DNA of 38,656 nucleotides from NCBI GenBank assembly GCA_965369435.1, contig CBDURI010000002.1, positions 1 to 38,656 of the forward strand. The letters run 5' to 3'. This DNA comes from an uncultured bacterium. Lineage in GTDB: Bacteria > Myxococcota_A > Polyangia > Polyangiales > Houyiibacteriaceae. The notes under the pieces were generated by a model. That model searched no databases. It was not told the DNA's origin and saw only the letters and a list, made by a program, of their open reading frames with translations. This document shows positions 36,416 to 38,656 of this stretch, one piece after another. The stretch's first letter is position 1. Each line of letters begins with the position of its first letter. A program made the translations under genes and the position numbers.

Positions 36416-38176
36416 ATGGCGACCCGAGACCCCCGTCCCTTCGACGTCGAGTATATCGAGAACCCCGGCCAGCCCGAGCTTCGTGAGCTCGCGATTGCAC
36501 ACACCCCGTGTGTCCAACAGACGGCGGCGGGCAGCATCAACAAGGTGTCGCGCAACAAAGCGCGAATGGCGAAGTACACCTACATCATCGACACCGAAGA
36601 TCGGTGGAGCCATCAGATCATGGATCCGGACAAGGCCCGTGGATTGATCGAGCACCAGGCGAAATATATCGCCGACAAGGGCAAGCTCATCGCCATCGAC
36701 GGCTATGTGGGACTGGGCGACCGCTCGTTTAGTACGACGTGGCTGTACACCCCAGAGGGCGCGAATATCGCAGGCATGCAGCAGATTCTCGCGTTCCCCC
36801 GTTCCGATGTCGAGACCGAGGAGCAGTTGGCCTCATCGTTCGAACCGATCTTCCGGCTCTACTACACGCCGGACTTGAAGCTCGACGACATGCCGGGCGG
36901 CCAGGCGATCATCGTCGATATGGAGAACTGGACGACGCACGTGATAGGCGCGGACTACTTCGGCGAGTCGAAGAAGGGCATTCTCCGCATGCTCAACCAC
37001 TACGTATACCAGGAGGGCGGGCTCGTTCTTCACGCGGGTGCCAAGGCTGTGACCGCCTCGGATGGCGGCAAGCTCACCATGACGATCATGGGCCTGTCGG
37101 GGACGGGCAAGACGACCACCACGTTTTCAAAGCAAGGTGACCTCACCGAGCCGATTCAGGACGATATGGTGGCGCTGTGGCCGCACGGGGCACTCTCGAT
37201 CACCGAGAACGGCTGCTTCGCCAAGACCGACGGCCTGTCGTTCGAGACCGAACCGGTTCTGTTCACGGCAACCATCGGTAGCGATGCGTGGCTCGAGAAC
37301 GTCTTTCTCGAGGCGGATGGCTCGTTCGACTTCATCAAGGGTGTGCTTTCGGTCGAGGACGTCACGCGCCTTCGCGACATCCTGATCGCTACGGGTGCCA
37401 AGGCGGAGAACGTCGACAAGTACATTGCAGGCGGCGTGAATGTCGATGACGTGGTGGACAGCCAGGGCATTCCAGCTGACGGCTGGGATTTCGTAGTCTG
37501 GACACAGAACGGCCGCTCGATCGTGCCCATGAGCTCAATCCCCGAGGCTGCCGATCTGCACAACGTCCCGCAGGTCAAGTCGATGGGTATTCTCAACCGG
37601 GACGAGGGGCGCGACGCAGCGATGCCGGGCATCGTTCGCTTCACGTCGCCCGAGCAGGCCGCTGGCTACTTCATGCTCGGCGAAACCTCGAAGACGAGCG
37701 CCGCAGGCAAGGACCGCGGCAAGACGCGTTCGCCATTCACGCAGCCGTTCTTCCCAGCGAAACACGGGCTGCAGGCGAAGCGCTTCGCAGAGCTTGCCGC
37801 GACCATGCCGGGCGTCACCATGTGGCTGATGAACACCGGCTACATCGGCGGCGAGGCGAGCGACACCAAAGAGAACAACGCGCTCAAGGTGAAGATCCGC
37901 CATTCGAGCGCAATGCTCGAGGCGCTCCTGAGCGGCACCATCAAATGGAAGAAGGACCCGGACTTCGGCTACGAGATAGTCGACGTTGACGCTCCCGAAA
38001 ACGCCAGCCTCGTCGACCAGGTCCCTGCCGAGATTCTGAACCCCAGCCGTTTCTACGAGGGGCGTGGGCGGCATGCCGACTACAAGCAGTGGGTCAGCCA
38101 AATGAAGGAAGCCCGCGCGGACTTCCTCAAACAATTCGATGTCTCGGACGTCATCGTCGCGGCGATAGCGGGCTGA
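36416..38176 (+). CDS. pckA: Phosphoenolpyruvate carboxykinase, ATP-type family (divergent, 586 aa)
   Basis: YFGESKKG, LHAGAK, the kinase-1a motif GLSGTGKTTT, CFAKT, ENV, NTGYIGG and ILNPSRFY are collinear with E. coli PckA as I remember it. A GGAGAGAG ribosome-binding site lies upstream. Confidence 0.8.
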   Translation: MATRDPRPFDVEYIENPGQPELRELAIAHTPCVQQTAAGSINKVSRNKARMAKYTYIIDTEDRWSHQIMDPDKARGLIEHQAKYIADKGKLIAIDGYVGLGDRSFSTTWLYTPEGANIAGMQQILAFPRSDVETEEQLASSFEPIFRLYYTPDLKLDDMPGGQAIIVDMENWTTHVIGADYFGESKKGILRMLNHYVYQEGGLVLHAGAKAVTASDGGKLTMTIMGLSGTGKTTTTFSKQGDLTEPIQDDMVALWPHGALSITENGCFAKTDGLSFETEPVLFTATIGSDAWLENVFLEADGSFDFIKGVLSVEDVTRLRDILIATGAKAENVDKYIAGGVNVDDVVDSQGIPADGWDFVVWTQNGRSIVPMSSIPEAADLHNVPQVKSMGILNRDEGRDAAMPGIVRFTSPEQAAGYFMLGETSKTSAAGKDRGKTRSPFTQPFFPAKHGLQAKRFAELAATMPGVTMWLMNTGYIGGEASDTKENNALKVKIRHSSAMLEALLSGTIKWKKDPDFGYEIVDVDAPENASLVDQVPAEILNPSRFYEGRGRHADYKQWVSQMKEARADFLKQFDVSDVIVAAIAG

Positions 38177-38190
38177 GTCGCAGCCCCGGT

Positions 38191-38207
38191 CCCGCAGGTT
38201 TTGCGGG
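38191..38207 (+). terminator. Weak stem-loop downstream of pckA
   Basis: CCCGCA (38191-38196) pairs with TGCGGG (38202-38207) around a 5-nt loop. No U-tract follows. Confidence 0.3.
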
Positions 38208-38239
38208 TCCCCATCTGAGCTGTGGTAACAGCCTTGGGC

Positions 38240-38656
38240 GTGAAGCGAGCCGCGCTCATGCCAGTCCTGCTGTGCTCATTGGTGCTCTGCTGTGTACTGC
38301 TCGGAAGTATCCGGACCGCCTCCGCCGACGCCTATGATCTCGTCGTCTTCGACGGAGTGTTCGGTGGCACCGTATCCAAGTTCAACGGTCGACGAAAATG
38401 GCAGCCGACCCTCTGGCTAGACGGATCCTATGGCGTGGCCGGGCCTCTGCACATCGGCGGCTACTTCCAATGGCTCGGAAAGAGCTGGCCACTCGACGAC
38501 CCCGGCTTCGGCGGCGGCGCCGTGCTTGCGCTTCGGGGCAATATCAAGAGCCTTCGGCTCTCGGGCGCGTTCACGGGGGGGTACCTCGGCGTCCCGCTGG
38601 TGACCCATGTGGAGGGCACCGGCACGGTTGGCGCGTTCGCGGGCCTTGGGTATGGT
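38240..38656 (+). CDS. Secreted Gly-rich hypothetical protein (possible outer-membrane beta-barrel), N-terminal fragment running off the window
   Basis: The frame is open from GTG 38240 to the window end. It is not in the track because it has no stop. Translation begins VKRAALMPVLLCSLVLCCVLLGSIRTASA/DAYDLVV..., which looks like a signal peptide. Alternating Gly/aromatic segments follow (GGYFQWLG, GAFTGGYLG, GAFAGLGYG). Confidence 0.5.
   Translation, partial: MKRAALMPVLLCSLVLCCVLLGSIRTASADAYDLVVFDGVFGGTVSKFNGRRKWQPTLWLDGSYGVAGPLHIGGYFQWLGKSWPLDDPGFGGGAVLALRGNIKSLRLSGAFTGGYLGVPLVTHVEGTGTVGAFAGLGYG

Overview
This is a high-GC bacterial chromosomal segment (by eye about mid-60s % GC, with strong GC3 bias in real genes). 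It is most consistent with a Myxococcota / deltaproteobacterial-type genome: it has an MglA-family small GTPase, a three-subunit SdhCAB with a dihaem-type cytochrome b, and a compact dcw cluster.

Centre (10.7-27.3 kb, + strand): a complete, tightly packed division and cell-wall cluster, mraZ-rsmH-ftsL-ftsI-murE-murF-mraY-murD-ftsW-murG-murC-ftsQ-ftsA-ftsZ. It ends in a clear intrinsic terminator.

Left flank:
- a truncated ASST-like gene
- an orphan Dam-family methyltransferase that looks lower in GC
- a PLP aminotransferase
- a FolB-cupin fusion gene followed by an SDR
- pyrR-pyrB, followed by a DUF1343/NamZ-like gene
- a minus-strand operon: small membrane-anchored protein -> MglA-like GTPase -> PocR-type histidine kinase -> thiL

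Right flank:
- a small secreted protein
- a SirB1-like / hisC / HD-domain operon
- a DedA-family gene
- sdhCAB
- a KamA-family radical SAM gene
- a divergent ATP-type PEP carboxykinase
- a partial secreted Gly-rich protein

I saw no rRNA, tRNA, CRISPR array, transposase or integrase. Many long ORFs in the six-frame track are high-GC shadow ORFs and were rejected.

Nothing here is demonstrably a new system. The best candidates for uncharacterised biology are:
1. the GTPase / histidine-kinase module, which abuts the dcw promoter region and has no MglB or response regulator in the window
2. the FolB-cupin + SDR pair
3. the roughly 107-aa Lys/Arg/Pro-rich tail on FtsQ
4. an 11-bp tandem repeat array upstream of hisC

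All domain calls come from motif recognition by eye. No database search was possible.
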